Below are positions 43,995 to 54,940 of a stretch of DNA of 64,000 bases, in pieces. The stretch is from Nostoc sp. DedSLP01 (GTDB lineage: Bacteria > Cyanobacteriota > Cyanobacteriia > Cyanobacteriales > Nostocaceae): contig JAVRCJ020000023.1 in the NCBI GenBank assembly GCA_034530875.2, positions 32,001 through 96,000 on the forward strand, written 5' to 3'. The first letter of the stretch is position 1, and each line of letters starts with the position of its first letter. A program made the translations under genes and the position numbers. The notes under the pieces were generated by a model. It searched no databases. It saw nothing but the letters and a program-made list of their open reading frames with translations, and was not told the DNA's origin.

Positions 43995-44750
43995 CTAATG
44001 ACTAATCTCAGTTTGATTTTCATAATTAGGGTCTTGAGTCCCAAGCAGCTTGTCCCAAAACGTAAAATACAAACCGTAGTGTACTTTATATTTACGGTGA
44101 TGTATTGAATGATGCATTGAACCAATGAGCCACTTGCCAATCCAGTGGCTCTTAGATGAAGATGGAAATACCTCAAATCCAAGATGGGTAAACACTGCCC
44201 ATACTGTCATAGTTATAAGTGCCGCAACTAAAGTAAGAAAGTGCAGCGGTACTATGAAGCTTACAGCTACAAAGAAAAGTGCTTGTATAATTGCCTCCGG
44301 CAAATCAAATGCCGAAGAACTCCAAGGTGTTGGTTCTCCAGATCGATGGTGTCCATAATGCATCCATTTAAAAATTAAAGGATGATGAAACATTCTATGG
44401 ACAAAGTAAAAGTATGTATCCTGAAGAATTAGCACCAGAACAAAGCTAAATACCAGATACCATAGCCCATATTTATAGAAGTCAGTATATAACGACGTCC
44501 CTCCTAAGGTATATTCTGAAATAATAAACGCTCCAGAAATACCAAAAACCACTGCGGAGAGTACCGATAATTCAATGTCTTTTCTAATGGAAGAGTTCGT
44601 TAATGGTTTCAAACGCAAACTCTTGCTAGCGATAGATTTTTTCCAAACTGAATAAAAGAGAAAATATGCTCCTCCAGCTATCAGAAGATACCGCGCAAGA
44701 GTGATGCCGAATAAGAAGAAGGAATAATAAAAAAATGAATGATTCGTCAA
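43995..44750 (-). CDS. Sterol desaturase / fatty acid hydroxylase family protein
   Basis: DTYFYFVHRMFH, HYGHH, HLGFE, HHSIHH and YGLYFTFWDKLLGT motifs. Confidence 0.88.
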   Translation of the reverse strand: MTNHSFFYYSFFLFGITLARYLLIAGGAYFLFYSVWKKSIASKSLRLKPLTNSSIRKDIELSVLSAVVFGISGAFIISEYTLGGTSLYTDFYKYGLWYLVFSFVLVLILQDTYFYFVHRMFHHPLIFKWMHYGHHRSGEPTPWSSSAFDLPEAIIQALFFVAVSFIVPLHFLTLVAALITMTVWAVFTHLGFEVFPSSSKSHWIGKWLIGSMHHSIHHRKYKVHYGLYFTFWDKLLGTQDPNYENQTEISH

Positions 44751-45282
44751 TTATAACCGTCCGTAATCTTAATTTTGTAAAAGGAAAGTGTTGTGCTAAT
44801 TATATCTACAATAGCTAAGCTTCACTTAATTTATTAATCGACAAAATCCACTGTTTATTTTACAATGTAAACTAATTAATATACTTTATATTTAGATTTC
44901 TTCATAGATTTTAACAAGAAAGAATTGAGAATTGAATTTTGTGTAAGTAATGAAAGTTTCAAATTGAGATTTATGTGAAACTCAGTGAGAAAATATTTTA
45001 ATTGTTTGACATTTGAGATTTTTAATATAGAGAATTAAGGGCTTCAGAAATATTAGGAATAGTTGGAAATATCTATATCAGGATTTGGTCAAAAAAGCAA
45101 GGACAGATAAGACTCTTAAGAGACGGTTAGAAAACTTATTGAAACTATTCAAAGACAGTTAAGTTGACTCAAAGATGGCTTGAGAGTGAGTCCAGTCAAG
45201 CCATTAGAAGGAAGTGGAAATTTTGCGATCGTGGTAAAAATAATTTGATATCTTAGCGATCGCAGCTTCTTTGTTATTCCCT

Positions 45283-46254
45283 ATGAATCGTTCCGCCTGC
45301 CTCATCTTTAATCCAGTAGCGGGTCAGGGTGACCCAGAATTAGAACTAGCAGAAATTAGAGCAATATTAGAGCCAGAAATTGATTTAGATATTTATTTAA
45401 CAACTGAGGAAATTGGTGCTGACGCCTTGGCCTCAGCAGCAGTACAGCGAGGCGTAGATGCAATTATTGCTTCAGGGGGAGATGGCACTCTCTCAGCGGC
45501 AGCGGCAGCAGTAATTGGTACTGACATTCCATTTGGTATCATTTCCAGAGGCACAGCAAATGCTTTTGCCACAGCTTTAGGAATTCCTGACACGATCGCA
45601 GGTGCATGTCAGACAATTTTACAAGCAGGAACCCGTAATGTAGACGTAGCCTATTGCAACGATCTGCCAATGGTATTGCTAGTAGGCGTTGGTTTTGAAG
45701 CTGAAACCGTAGAACTAGCAGACCGAGAAGCCAAAAATCGCTTTGGGATGATGGCTTATGTTTTGGCAGGAATTCAGCAACTAAGAAACTTAAAGAACTT
45801 TGATGTTGAAATTGAAACCGAAGACAGAATAATTAAAACGAGCGCTTGTGCAGTCACAGTTGCCAATGCCGCGCCTCCGACTTCCGTTTTGGCACAGGGG
45901 CCAGCAGGTCTGATTTATGACGACGGGCTACTCGATTTAACGATTGTAGCTCCAACGAGTAAAGCCGGAGCGATCGCCGCGACATTCCATCTGTTTCAAA
46001 CAGCTTCTACAGGCAACGCCGCAGAACGCAATGACATTGGTTACCTGCGAGCCAAACAATTTAAGATCGCTACAGACCCACCACAAAAAGTTGTTCTGGA
46101 TGGCGAAATCATCGGCACAACACCAATAGAAGTTAAATGCGTACCAGCTGGCTTAAAAATTTTTGTGCCACTAATAGAAGAAGTTGAGCCTACAGAAAAA
46201 CTAGAGGGACTCCCCAACTTGGTTATTGAGATGAAAAATCCACAACAAGAGTGA
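45283..46254 (+). CDS. YegS/BmrU-family (diacylglycerol kinase-like) lipid kinase
   Basis: IFNPVAG, SGGDGT, GTANAFA, DDGLLD, LDGE. Confidence 0.9.
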   Translation: MNRSACLIFNPVAGQGDPELELAEIRAILEPEIDLDIYLTTEEIGADALASAAVQRGVDAIIASGGDGTLSAAAAAVIGTDIPFGIISRGTANAFATALGIPDTIAGACQTILQAGTRNVDVAYCNDLPMVLLVGVGFEAETVELADREAKNRFGMMAYVLAGIQQLRNLKNFDVEIETEDRIIKTSACAVTVANAAPPTSVLAQGPAGLIYDDGLLDLTIVAPTSKAGAIAATFHLFQTASTGNAAERNDIGYLRAKQFKIATDPPQKVVLDGEIIGTTPIEVKCVPAGLKIFVPLIEEVEPTEKLEGLPNLVIEMKNPQQE

Positions 46255-46459
46255 GGAGATGGGTATGGGGCATTGGGCATGGGAAAGGGGAAAAGGGGAA
46301 AGGGGAAAGGGAAAAAGGGAAAGGCATTGATTTTTAATTATTCTCCTCTGCCCCTCTGCCCCCCGTGCTCCTCTGCCCCCTGCCTCCCCTGCTCCCCTGC
46401 CCCTCTGCCCCCCTGCCCCCTTGTCCTCCCATTCCCTAAAATTTAGGAGTTAGGTTGCC

Positions 46460-48034
46460 TTGAAACTAGTATCCGATCCACCTATTGCTAAAAAAATTGG
46501 CAAAATGAATCAGCGGGTACGATGGCAAGACCCGGTGATTGTGAAACATAACATCGACCAAACTCGATTCGTGTTAGATGACGGTCATGCAAACGATGCG
46601 GAGTTTTCGTTTTTAGTTGTAGGTGATAGCGGTTCTGGAAACCATCGGGGACAGAATCCCCAGCGGAGGGTGGCTGAACTCATGTTGCCCCACCACAATG
46701 AATGTCGTTTTATGCTACATACCGGCGATGTAATTTATTTGGTGGGGTCGAGTGAGTACTACCAGCAGAACTTTATCCAGCCTTACCGAGAGTTTATCTT
46801 GGGTGGAGAGTATCCCAGGAAAATTATTTATGATGACATGGTTTTTAAGCTGCCAATTTTACCCGTGCCGGGAAACCATGATTATTATGACTTGCCGATT
46901 TTGTTAGGTTTAGCGTCCGTGACAACATTACCGATTCGGAAACTGTTGCGATCGCGGTTAGATTTAGATGTAGGTTTGCATGGTTCGGGAACAGGTGACG
47001 CCTACGCACGGGCGTTTTTAGATTATCTCCAGATTTTGGATCGTCCCAAAGAATTAGAAGCTCATTTAAATCGCTACTATACAGCAAAGACAGAAACAGG
47101 GCGTTGTCTTTGCTATCAACCAGGGCGCTTTACTCGCCTTCCCAATCGCTACTACACTTTTCGCTATGGCGGTATTGATTTCTTTGCCTTGGATTCTAAT
47201 ACATTTAACGACCCACCACCCCTGCCGAAAACGAGGAAAGGTGAAGCAGACCGCAAAGTTTTAGAAAAACGCCGTCAGGATTTAGAGCAAGAAAAGCTGC
47301 GAGTCATGGAAAATTCAGCGAAGCTAAATCCTGAAAACCCCAGCGAAGCTGATGATTTAGAGGATTTCCAAGCGAAAGTATCGCAAATTGAAGAAATTAT
47401 TGTTGATATTGATAAACAACTAGCCACAGACCGATTAATTCAGACTGACACCGAACAACTTGAATGGCTCAAACACAAACTAATCGCATCTTGGAATACT
47501 GAGGAAGTCCGGGGACGGGTGATTTATTTTCACCATCCGCCTTACGTGACTGAGGCGACGAAGTGGCAACAAGCGCAAACTTTGACAATTCGCAACCACC
47601 TACGTAATGTTTTGGATGGAGTGGCTAAAGAAATAGGTTCTCTAAATCAGGGGCGTCCTTTAGTAGATTTAGTATTGAACGGACACGCCCACTGTCTCGA
47701 ACATCTGCAAACAATGGATACAGGACACGCTGATTCTCATATCCACTGGCTTGTGTGTGGAGGTAGCGGCTTTAGCCTGCGACGCCAGCGAATTGAGGGA
47801 GCGAATTTGATGGAAACTTTTGGGAATCTAGATAACCAGCACAATAAAATAGTAGCGCGATCGCATTTGTTCGTCGGTCGCAACGGTTTGAGTTCTCAAA
47901 AGCGACGCCCTTATTCAAGTTTACGCATTGACGTCAAAGGCGAAGGAAGCCCCAAGTTTATCGTTCGTCCCTTGGTTGCTGAATTCTATCAACGAGAATG
48001 GCATAATCGGGAACTTGATCCGTTGATAATTTAG
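46460..48034 (+). CDS. Metallophosphoesterase (calcineurin-like)
   Basis: GDSG, HTGDVIY, PGNHDYY, FHHPPY, NGHAH; TTG start. Confidence 0.88.
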   Translation: MKLVSDPPIAKKIGKMNQRVRWQDPVIVKHNIDQTRFVLDDGHANDAEFSFLVVGDSGSGNHRGQNPQRRVAELMLPHHNECRFMLHTGDVIYLVGSSEYYQQNFIQPYREFILGGEYPRKIIYDDMVFKLPILPVPGNHDYYDLPILLGLASVTTLPIRKLLRSRLDLDVGLHGSGTGDAYARAFLDYLQILDRPKELEAHLNRYYTAKTETGRCLCYQPGRFTRLPNRYYTFRYGGIDFFALDSNTFNDPPPLPKTRKGEADRKVLEKRRQDLEQEKLRVMENSAKLNPENPSEADDLEDFQAKVSQIEEIIVDIDKQLATDRLIQTDTEQLEWLKHKLIASWNTEEVRGRVIYFHHPPYVTEATKWQQAQTLTIRNHLRNVLDGVAKEIGSLNQGRPLVDLVLNGHAHCLEHLQTMDTGHADSHIHWLVCGGSGFSLRRQRIEGANLMETFGNLDNQHNKIVARSHLFVGRNGLSSQKRRPYSSLRIDVKGEGSPKFIVRPLVAEFYQREWHNRELDPLII

Positions 48035-48045
48035 GTGAAAACGAA

Positions 48046-48076
48046 TGTAGAGACGTAGCAGTGCTACGTCTCTACA
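48046..48076. repeat. Palindromic dispersed repeat between convergent genes
   Basis: Identical to 16637-16667. Confidence 0.9.
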
Positions 48077-48091
48077 ACGGTTGTTTTGCAT

Positions 48092-49276
48092 TTATCGATC
48101 TACCGATCCCATCACCACATCAATACTTCCTAGAATGACGAAAATATCTGCTACTTTTTGACCCCGGATTAATTGAGGTAAAACTTGTAAATTATTGAAA
48201 TCGGCCGGGCGAATTTTCCAACGCCAAGGGAAAATGCGATCGTCTCCAATAATATAGATTCCTAATTCTCCTCTACCTGACTCAATACGCACATAGTTTT
48301 CACCCTCAGGAATTTTAAATGTGGGCGAAACTTTTTTGGCAATGAACTGGTAATCAAATCCGTTCCACTCAGATTTAGCACCTGCTGACAGGCGTTTAGC
48401 TTCTAAATTTTCATAAGCACCACCAGGTAATCCCTTCAGTGCTTGCTGAATAATTTTGACTGACTCGCGCATCTCTCCAGTTCTGACAACGTACCTAGCA
48501 AAACAATCTCCTGCTGTATCCCACTGCACTTGCCAGTCAAAATCGTCGTAGCATTCGTAACGGTCAACTTTTCGTAAATCCCACTTCACGCCAGAAGCGC
48601 GTAACATCGGCCCGGAAACTCCCCAGTTAATTGCTTCTTCGCGACTTAAAACTCCTATACCCTCTACTCGACGGCGAAAAATTGGGTTATTAGTAATCAG
48701 TTTTTCATACTCATCAATCTTGGGGACAAAGTAATTACAAAAGTCTTCGCATTTATCCACCCAGCCGTAAGGTAGATCAGCAGCAACTCCACCGATACGA
48801 AAATAATTATTGTTGACCATGCGGTAGCCTGTGGCAGCTTCAAACAAGTCGAGAATCATTTCGCGATCGCGCAAAGTGTAAAATATCGGAGTTTGTGCGC
48901 CAGTATCTCCCACAAAAGGCCCCAACCACAGTAAATGGTTGACAATGCGAGCTAACTCCAACATGATTACCCGAATGTAGCTAGCACGTTTGGGGATGGT
49001 GACGTTTGCCAATTTTTCCACAGCATTCACCGTCACGGCTTCATTAAACATCCCGCCATAGTAGTCCCATCGGCTCACATAAGGGACATACATCACATTG
49101 GTACGGTTTTCGGCAATTTTTTCCATACCCCGGTGTAGGTAGCCGATGACAGGTTCGCAATCAACCACATCTTCACCATCCAAGGTGACAAGAATCCGAA
49201 AGCACCCATGCATCGAAGGGTGATGCGGGCCAAAGTTGATTGTCATTGGCTCGGTTCTGATTTGAATTCTGACCAT
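48092..49276 (-). CDS. ndhH: NAD(P)H-quinone oxidoreductase subunit H (apparently divergent copy)
   Basis: [32 protein letters not shown]-terminal GSVDR; 394 aa. Confidence 0.93.
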   Translation of the reverse strand: MVRIQIRTEPMTINFGPHHPSMHGCFRILVTLDGEDVVDCEPVIGYLHRGMEKIAENRTNVMYVPYVSRWDYYGGMFNEAVTVNAVEKLANVTIPKRASYIRVIMLELARIVNHLLWLGPFVGDTGAQTPIFYTLRDREMILDLFEAATGYRMVNNNYFRIGGVAADLPYGWVDKCEDFCNYFVPKIDEYEKLITNNPIFRRRVEGIGVLSREEAINWGVSGPMLRASGVKWDLRKVDRYECYDDFDWQVQWDTAGDCFARYVVRTGEMRESVKIIQQALKGLPGGAYENLEAKRLSAGAKSEWNGFDYQFIAKKVSPTFKIPEGENYVRIESGRGELGIYIIGDDRIFPWRWKIRPADFNNLQVLPQLIRGQKVADIFVILGSIDVVMGSVDR

Positions 49277-49396
49277 AATTAAGTTTCCCTAATCCGCAAT
49301 AATTATAGATTAGAGCTTCTTAATTCCTTTGGCTTTGCTTTGTTTGTTTCGCTCTTCCTGCCGCTAGCTGCGCCTTTGTTGGAGACTGACGTTAAG

Positions 49397-52300
49397 TTAA
49401 AGCAACTGTTGCATCATCAGTTGTGCAAATAGCCCTGGTTGATTTGTTAGTTCGGCGAAACTGCCTTGCTGCACTACTTTGCCACCTGCGAGGACGTAAA
49501 TGCGATCGGCGTTTTGAATGGTACTGAGGCGATGGGCGATCGCAACTCTAGTCACCTTTAGCTTTTGTAAGCTTTCACTGACAATTGCCTGAGTTCTATT
49601 ATCTAAAGCGCTAGTAGCTTCATCAAATAGCAAAATTCTGGGTTTCAATACCAATGCCCTAGCAATCAACAACCGCTGTCGTTGTCCGCCGGACAGATTA
49701 CTACCTCCCTCGCTGACGATTGTATGCATCTGCATCGGCATCGCGGCAATGTCATCCGCCAAACCCGCCATCTGAGCTGCTTCCCAAGCTTCGTCCATTG
49801 TCACCAAGGCACCACTGGCAATATTTTCAAAAATTGAAGCTGACATTAAGCGACTATTTTGCAATACTACGCCTAATTGACGGCGCACAGCATGGACATC
49901 CAAAGAAGCTAAGTCTTGCCCATCGTAGTAAATTGTGCCAGATTTCGGGAATTCAAACCCTAAAAGTAACCTTAATAAAGTTGATTTACCGCTGCCAGAA
50001 GGGCCGACAATGGCAATAAATTCTCCTGGTTGGGCGTGAATGCTGACATTATCCAGCGTCAAGGGGCCATCGTCACGATAGCGGAAAGTTACCCGATCTA
50101 CAACTAATTTGCCCGATAACCTACCCGGATCTGTCTGAGCAGAACTAATTTCTGGTTCAGCTTGTAAAATTGGTTGGGCGCGTTGCCACAAGGGTAAGAC
50201 TTGCAAAACTTCCACAACTGTGCTGCTGAGGCTAGTGGCTCCGTTAATGAAAGTACCAAAAGCAACATTGAATGCTAAAAAAGTGCCAGTGGATAAACCA
50301 CCTCCTCCAGGAGTTTGTTGGGACTGCACAATTAAGCTAGTAGCAAACCAGAACAGGGCAGCAGTGGTGATTGCAGGTAATATTTGATTGATTACTACCA
50401 CGCTATCTTCAATGCCTTGGGTACTCAGCATGAGTTTCAGTTGATGCGTATACTGTTTACCCCAGTAGGCAAAGGCACGGGCTTCAGCTTTGGCAACTCG
50501 GAGTTTGGCAACTCCATTAATTAACTGCACCATGACGCCAAAGATTTGTCCTTGTAGTTCTAGTAATGGGCGAACTTTACGCACAATCAGAACGCCAGAG
50601 ATGATGGTAACGGCAATATTTACCAGTGCTACTACACAAGCTATGAGAGCTAAGGAGACATTGTAGTAAAATAACAATCCTAGATTCAGCAAGGAGAACA
50701 AACTGGAAAAGATTGTTTTTAAAACTGTGTTACCCAGCTTATGGCGAATTTGACTAATAGCTGTGACTCTAGAATCCAAGTCTCCAACTGAGAAAGAGCG
50801 AAAAAAGGAAGCCTTCAAGTTTAACAATCGATCCCAAACTGCCCCTTGGGTAGAGGAATCGGCAAAAGTTTCCAACCTAATGGTGGCAAATCCAAGGGCG
50901 AGTTGAAATAGCGTTCCGCCAAAGGCAGCAGCCACCAAAGCAACAGCAATTTGGCTCAACAACCCTCGATTCGCATCTGGGATAGCTTTGTCGATGAGAA
51001 TAGCTGTAGCTTGAGGTGTCAGCATTCCTAACAGGCTGATGGTAATTCCCATTACTAAAACTAAAATTAGTTCTTTGTAATGTCCTTGGAGGGCAAACTG
51101 GAGTAAATCAAAAGTTCTCAGCTTTTTATCGGGTAAAGGTCGATAGAATGCGTAGGCAGTCTTAACTAGGGCTACTGCTATGTTGGCATCGACAGGGATA
51201 GGCGTTTTTTCACCGGGAACGTAGAGTTGGTAACGCGTGTCAGACACTGGTAATAGTGCCACTGGCAGTTTATCGGCAAGTGTAAATGCTAACATTGCGC
51301 CGCAATCTTTTTGCCACCAGTTGTCCCGCAACTGAACTCGTCGCACGCGGATACGCGAAGCCCTGGCGATCGCTTCTACAGGATCTTGTACTCTTGATAA
51401 ATCTTCTGAGGCAGCTGGCGGACAAATCTTAATTCCTAATGCTCGTCCCACAGCACCAGCAGCCATTAGTAAGCCTTGGTCTGGATCGGTTGCATCAAGA
51501 CTACTACTAAATCCTATATTATTTAGCTTGTTTGACTTTGGCTGTGGCAAGACAGATGCTAATTCTGCTAACGTCTCTTGCATCACTTGGTTCTCAAGAC
51601 GTTCCCTAGCTTGAAATCTGAGCAATTCTGCATCCATTTCCTGCTGTTGCAGTAGATTAACGCACTGGAGGAAGTAGGTTTGTAGTTGCGACAAACCATC
51701 TAACAAAGAATTGATATCTTTGATGTCTGCGGTGTTAATACTTTGCAATTCTACAATGTTATTTGCTTGCAACCACATATTTGCAGCTAAAGGCAACATT
51801 CCACAGGCAGGAGTGAACGGCAGATCGTCAAATCCCATCCATCTAGCACGTCCTTGGAGAATTTGCACCCACGATATTTGCTGCGGCTGGAAGATTTGAC
51901 CTGCGGCTAAGGATAAGTGGCCGATTTCTGGCAGCGATGTTGGTGTTGTTGGCGTAGTAATACCAGCAAGTACCGAACCAAATTGAGAAATCCAGCGTTC
52001 TATCAGAGTTAATACTTCTTGATTAGCGTCAGCAAACAACTGGTTAAAGTCAGTTCTCGATATTTTGAGAATTTCTGTCTCCTCTAGGGATACTGCCAAA
52101 ATCTCTTGCTGCTTGCCGATGTTACTTGGTGCGATCGCAAACATCGCCTGTCCTGGTGTGCTGCTAAATAAATAGCGACGGGTACCTTCGGGAACGCCAT
52201 CATTAACTGCGATCGCAAATAGCGCCAAGTAACCAGATTTCACTAACCAAATTGACTCCGGATCGTCTAGCACTAGCGATTCATTGCATTGAAAACGATA

Positions 52301-54757
52301 GTGTTGTCCTTTAAGGTTTGAGAAGGATAAGAGGGATGAGGGGGATGAGGAAGACAAGGAAGACAAGGGGGACAAGGAAGATAAGTCTTCACTTCTGTCT
52401 TCTGCCTCCTGCCTCCTGCCTTCTGCCTCCTGCCTCCTGCCTCCTGCCTCCTCCCCTGCTTCCTCACTGCGAATTAGTTGTAAGTACGGCCCTTCAACTT
52501 GCCGCAATTGTTGGTGACTTCCTCGTTGAACTATCTTGCCGCGATGGAGGACAATAATTTCATCACAATCTCGGATAGTCGAGAGTCGATGCGCCACGAT
52601 GATGCAAGTGCAACCGCGCAACCGCAGATTACGATTGACGTTCTTTTCTGTTTCGGCATCGAGAGCGCTGGTAGCTTCATCCATAATCAGGATACTGGGA
52701 TTATTCACCAAAGCCCGCGCGATTTCTAAACGTTGCCTTTGACCGCCACTCAAATTAGTAGCACCTTCTAAAAGGTCAGCATGATAGCCTCCAGGCAGTG
52801 AAAGGATGACATCGTGAAGCGCTGCGTCTTGACAGGCTCGGACGAGATGAGTGTCAGGTATGGTAGTATCCCAAAGCGTTAAGTTGTCTCTGACACTGCC
52901 AGCAAATAACAAAATCTCTTGCTCTACAACAGAAATAGAATTGGCTAGTACCTGGCGATAAATTTGCTCTCTGGGTTTGCCGTCGAATAAAATTTCTCCC
53001 TGCCAAGGTTCGTAAAGCCCACATAAAAGTTTGGCAACAGTAGACTTACCAGAACCACTTCCACCCACCAAAGCAACTCGCTGCCCTGGCTTGAGCGTAA
53101 GATTAAAATTTTCAATCAACGGCGGGGCTATTTGACTATAGCCAAATGTCACATTGCGTAATTCAACATAACCCTGGAGTTTGGGCAGAGGATAGGCGGA
53201 TGAGGAAGTGAGGGAGTGAGGGAGAATAATTACTGATTCCTGACTTCCAACTTCTGCCTCCTGCCTTCTGCCTCCTGCCTTCTGCCTCCTGCCTTCTGCC
53301 TCCTGCAACTGCCGGTCAATGGGGTTACGCAAGACATCATCGAGGCGATTTAGATTACCTTCCATTTCTTGGAGTTCGCTTCCCAGGCTGATGAGATTAT
53401 TTACTGGAGCGAAAAATCTTTGCATCATGCCGAGAAAGGCTATTAACATGCCGATGCTCAAGGCTCCATCCATGACTCGCAAACCGCCTACAGCTAAAAG
53501 TAGCATGGAAGCGATCGCTGACAGAAAAGATGGTAAAACACCTATTGTCTGGTTTGTTTCTTCTAATTCTTGCTGGGTATTGATGGCTTTGGCATAGTGA
53601 CCCCCCCACCGGGAGAAGAAATCTGACTCTAAGCCAGATGCTTTTAGTGTCTCCATACTCTGAAGACCAGAAATTTCTACGCCGCGAACTTTTCCCTGTT
53701 CTTGGATGAGTTTGATATTGGCATCTACCCGCCGCCCTCTTACCCACTGCAAGGCGGCAAGGTTGATAATGACAAAGGCGATCGCAATTAAAGTTAGTAC
53801 AACATCATATTGCAACATCACTATTACATATAGAAATATTGATGCTGCGGCAATTACTGTAGTTGCTAACTCACCCGAAAGCATGTCGGCGATGCTGTCG
53901 TTGAGTTGCATTCGGCTACTGATTTCCCCAGCATAACGCTGATCGTAAAAACTAACGGGTAGGCGTAAAATGTGCCACAGATAGCGACTCTTCATGCCCA
54001 CGGACAACTTAATTTTCATTTGACGCAAAAACTGCAACTGTAGCAGCGTCAAAAATCCACTGAGTCCGGCTGTGAAGATAATGCCTAAAATTAGCGGACG
54101 CAACCACTCATAACGACGCTCAATTAATACGTTGTCTACAAATACCTGGGAAAATGCAGGTATTGCCAGCCCAGGAATGACTAACAAAAATCCTGCCAGC
54201 ACGCAGTAAAGTAATGCCCCAAGAGAACCTCGCAACCGCGACCACAAAGCTAAGATTGTGCTGGGCTTGCGTCCTCCGGGTTGAAACTCTGGACTAGGCT
54301 CTAGGACTAGCACTACACCAGTGTAAGCACCGCTGAATTCTTCTAAGGAGACGGTGCGCCGTCCAGTCGCAGGATCGTTAAGATAAACTCGCTGTTTATC
54401 GAATCCCTCTACTACTAAGAAATGGTTAAAGTTCCAAAATACAATATAGGGAGATTTTAACTGTAATAAACCAGTTAAGTTGGTTTTAAAGCTTTTAGCG
54501 GTAAGTCGATAATTTCTCGCAGCCTTCAAGATATTTAAGGCACTAACTCCATCCCGCGAGACACCGCACGCTTGTCTCAATTCCGTCAGTGGGACAATGC
54601 GATTGTAATAACCCAGAATAATTCCCAAAGCGGCAGCACCGCATTCTACTACCTCCATTTGCAGCAGAGTCGGAGTATGACATCGCTTGTTTTTAAGCGT
54701 CGGCTTTGCCCACCGCAAGCATCGCTCTAATATATTTTGCAAATTTCGCCAGAACAT
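49397..54757 (-). CDS. NHLP-type bacteriocin export ABC transporter: fusion of C39-peptidase/permease/ATPase and cNMP-like/permease/ATPase halves
   Basis: QMEVVECGAAAL, HFLVV and NDPA (C39); two Walker A motifs (GGSGSGKS, GPSGSGKS) and two LSGGQRQR signatures in one 1786-aa ORF. Confidence 0.9.
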   Translation of the reverse strand: MFWRNLQNILERCLRWAKPTLKNKRCHTPTLLQMEVVECGAAALGIILGYYNRIVPLTELRQACGVSRDGVSALNILKAARNYRLTAKSFKTNLTGLLQLKSPYIVFWNFNHFLVVEGFDKQRVYLNDPATGRRTVSLEEFSGAYTGVVLVLEPSPEFQPGGRKPSTILALWSRLRGSLGALLYCVLAGFLLVIPGLAIPAFSQVFVDNVLIERRYEWLRPLILGIIFTAGLSGFLTLLQLQFLRQMKIKLSVGMKSRYLWHILRLPVSFYDQRYAGEISSRMQLNDSIADMLSGELATTVIAAASIFLYVIVMLQYDVVLTLIAIAFVIINLAALQWVRGRRVDANIKLIQEQGKVRGVEISGLQSMETLKASGLESDFFSRWGGHYAKAINTQQELEETNQTIGVLPSFLSAIASMLLLAVGGLRVMDGALSIGMLIAFLGMMQRFFAPVNNLISLGSELQEMEGNLNRLDDVLRNPIDRQLQEAEGRRQKAGGRRQEAEVGSQESVIILPHSLTSSSAYPLPKLQGYVELRNVTFGYSQIAPPLIENFNLTLKPGQRVALVGGSGSGKSTVAKLLCGLYEPWQGEILFDGKPREQIYRQVLANSISVVEQEILLFAGSVRDNLTLWDTTIPDTHLVRACQDAALHDVILSLPGGYHADLLEGATNLSGGQRQRLEIARALVNNPSILIMDEATSALDAETEKNVNRNLRLRGCTCIIVAHRLSTIRDCDEIIVLHRGKIVQRGSHQQLRQVEGPYLQLIRSEEAGEEAGGRRQEAEGRRQEAEDRSEDLSSLSPLSSLSSSSPSSLLSFSNLKGQHYRFQCNESLVLDDPESIWLVKSGYLALFAIAVNDGVPEGTRRYLFSSTPGQAMFAIAPSNIGKQQEILAVSLEETEILKISRTDFNQLFADANQEVLTLIERWISQFGSVLAGITTPTTPTSLPEIGHLSLAAGQIFQPQQISWVQILQGRARWMGFDDLPFTPACGMLPLAANMWLQANNIVELQSINTADIKDINSLLDGLSQLQTYFLQCVNLLQQQEMDAELLRFQARERLENQVMQETLAELASVLPQPKSNKLNNIGFSSSLDATDPDQGLLMAAGAVGRALGIKICPPAASEDLSRVQDPVEAIARASRIRVRRVQLRDNWWQKDCGAMLAFTLADKLPVALLPVSDTRYQLYVPGEKTPIPVDANIAVALVKTAYAFYRPLPDKKLRTFDLLQFALQGHYKELILVLVMGITISLLGMLTPQATAILIDKAIPDANRGLLSQIAVALVAAAFGGTLFQLALGFATIRLETFADSSTQGAVWDRLLNLKASFFRSFSVGDLDSRVTAISQIRHKLGNTVLKTIFSSLFSLLNLGLLFYYNVSLALIACVVALVNIAVTIISGVLIVRKVRPLLELQGQIFGVMVQLINGVAKLRVAKAEARAFAYWGKQYTHQLKLMLSTQGIEDSVVVINQILPAITTAALFWFATSLIVQSQQTPGGGGLSTGTFLAFNVAFGTFINGATSLSSTVVEVLQVLPLWQRAQPILQAEPEISSAQTDPGRLSGKLVVDRVTFRYRDDGPLTLDNVSIHAQPGEFIAIVGPSGSGKSTLLRLLLGFEFPKSGTIYYDGQDLASLDVHAVRRQLGVVLQNSRLMSASIFENIASGALVTMDEAWEAAQMAGLADDIAAMPMQMHTIVSEGGSNLSGGQRQRLLIARALVLKPRILLFDEATSALDNRTQAIVSESLQKLKVTRVAIAHRLSTIQNADRIYVLAGGKVVQQGSFAELTNQPGLFAQLMMQQLL

Positions 54758-54940
54758 AAAAATATTTTTTAAATAAGGAGTCAGTTGTCAGGAGGCAGGA
54801 GGCAGAAGGCAGAAGGCAGAAGGCAGGAGGCAGAAGTTAAGACTTATCTTCCTTGTCCCCTGCCTCCGCTGCCTCTCCTGCCTCCCCTGCTTCCCCTGCT
54901 CCCCCTGCCTCCCCTACCCCCTGCTCTCTCATCTCCAGTA

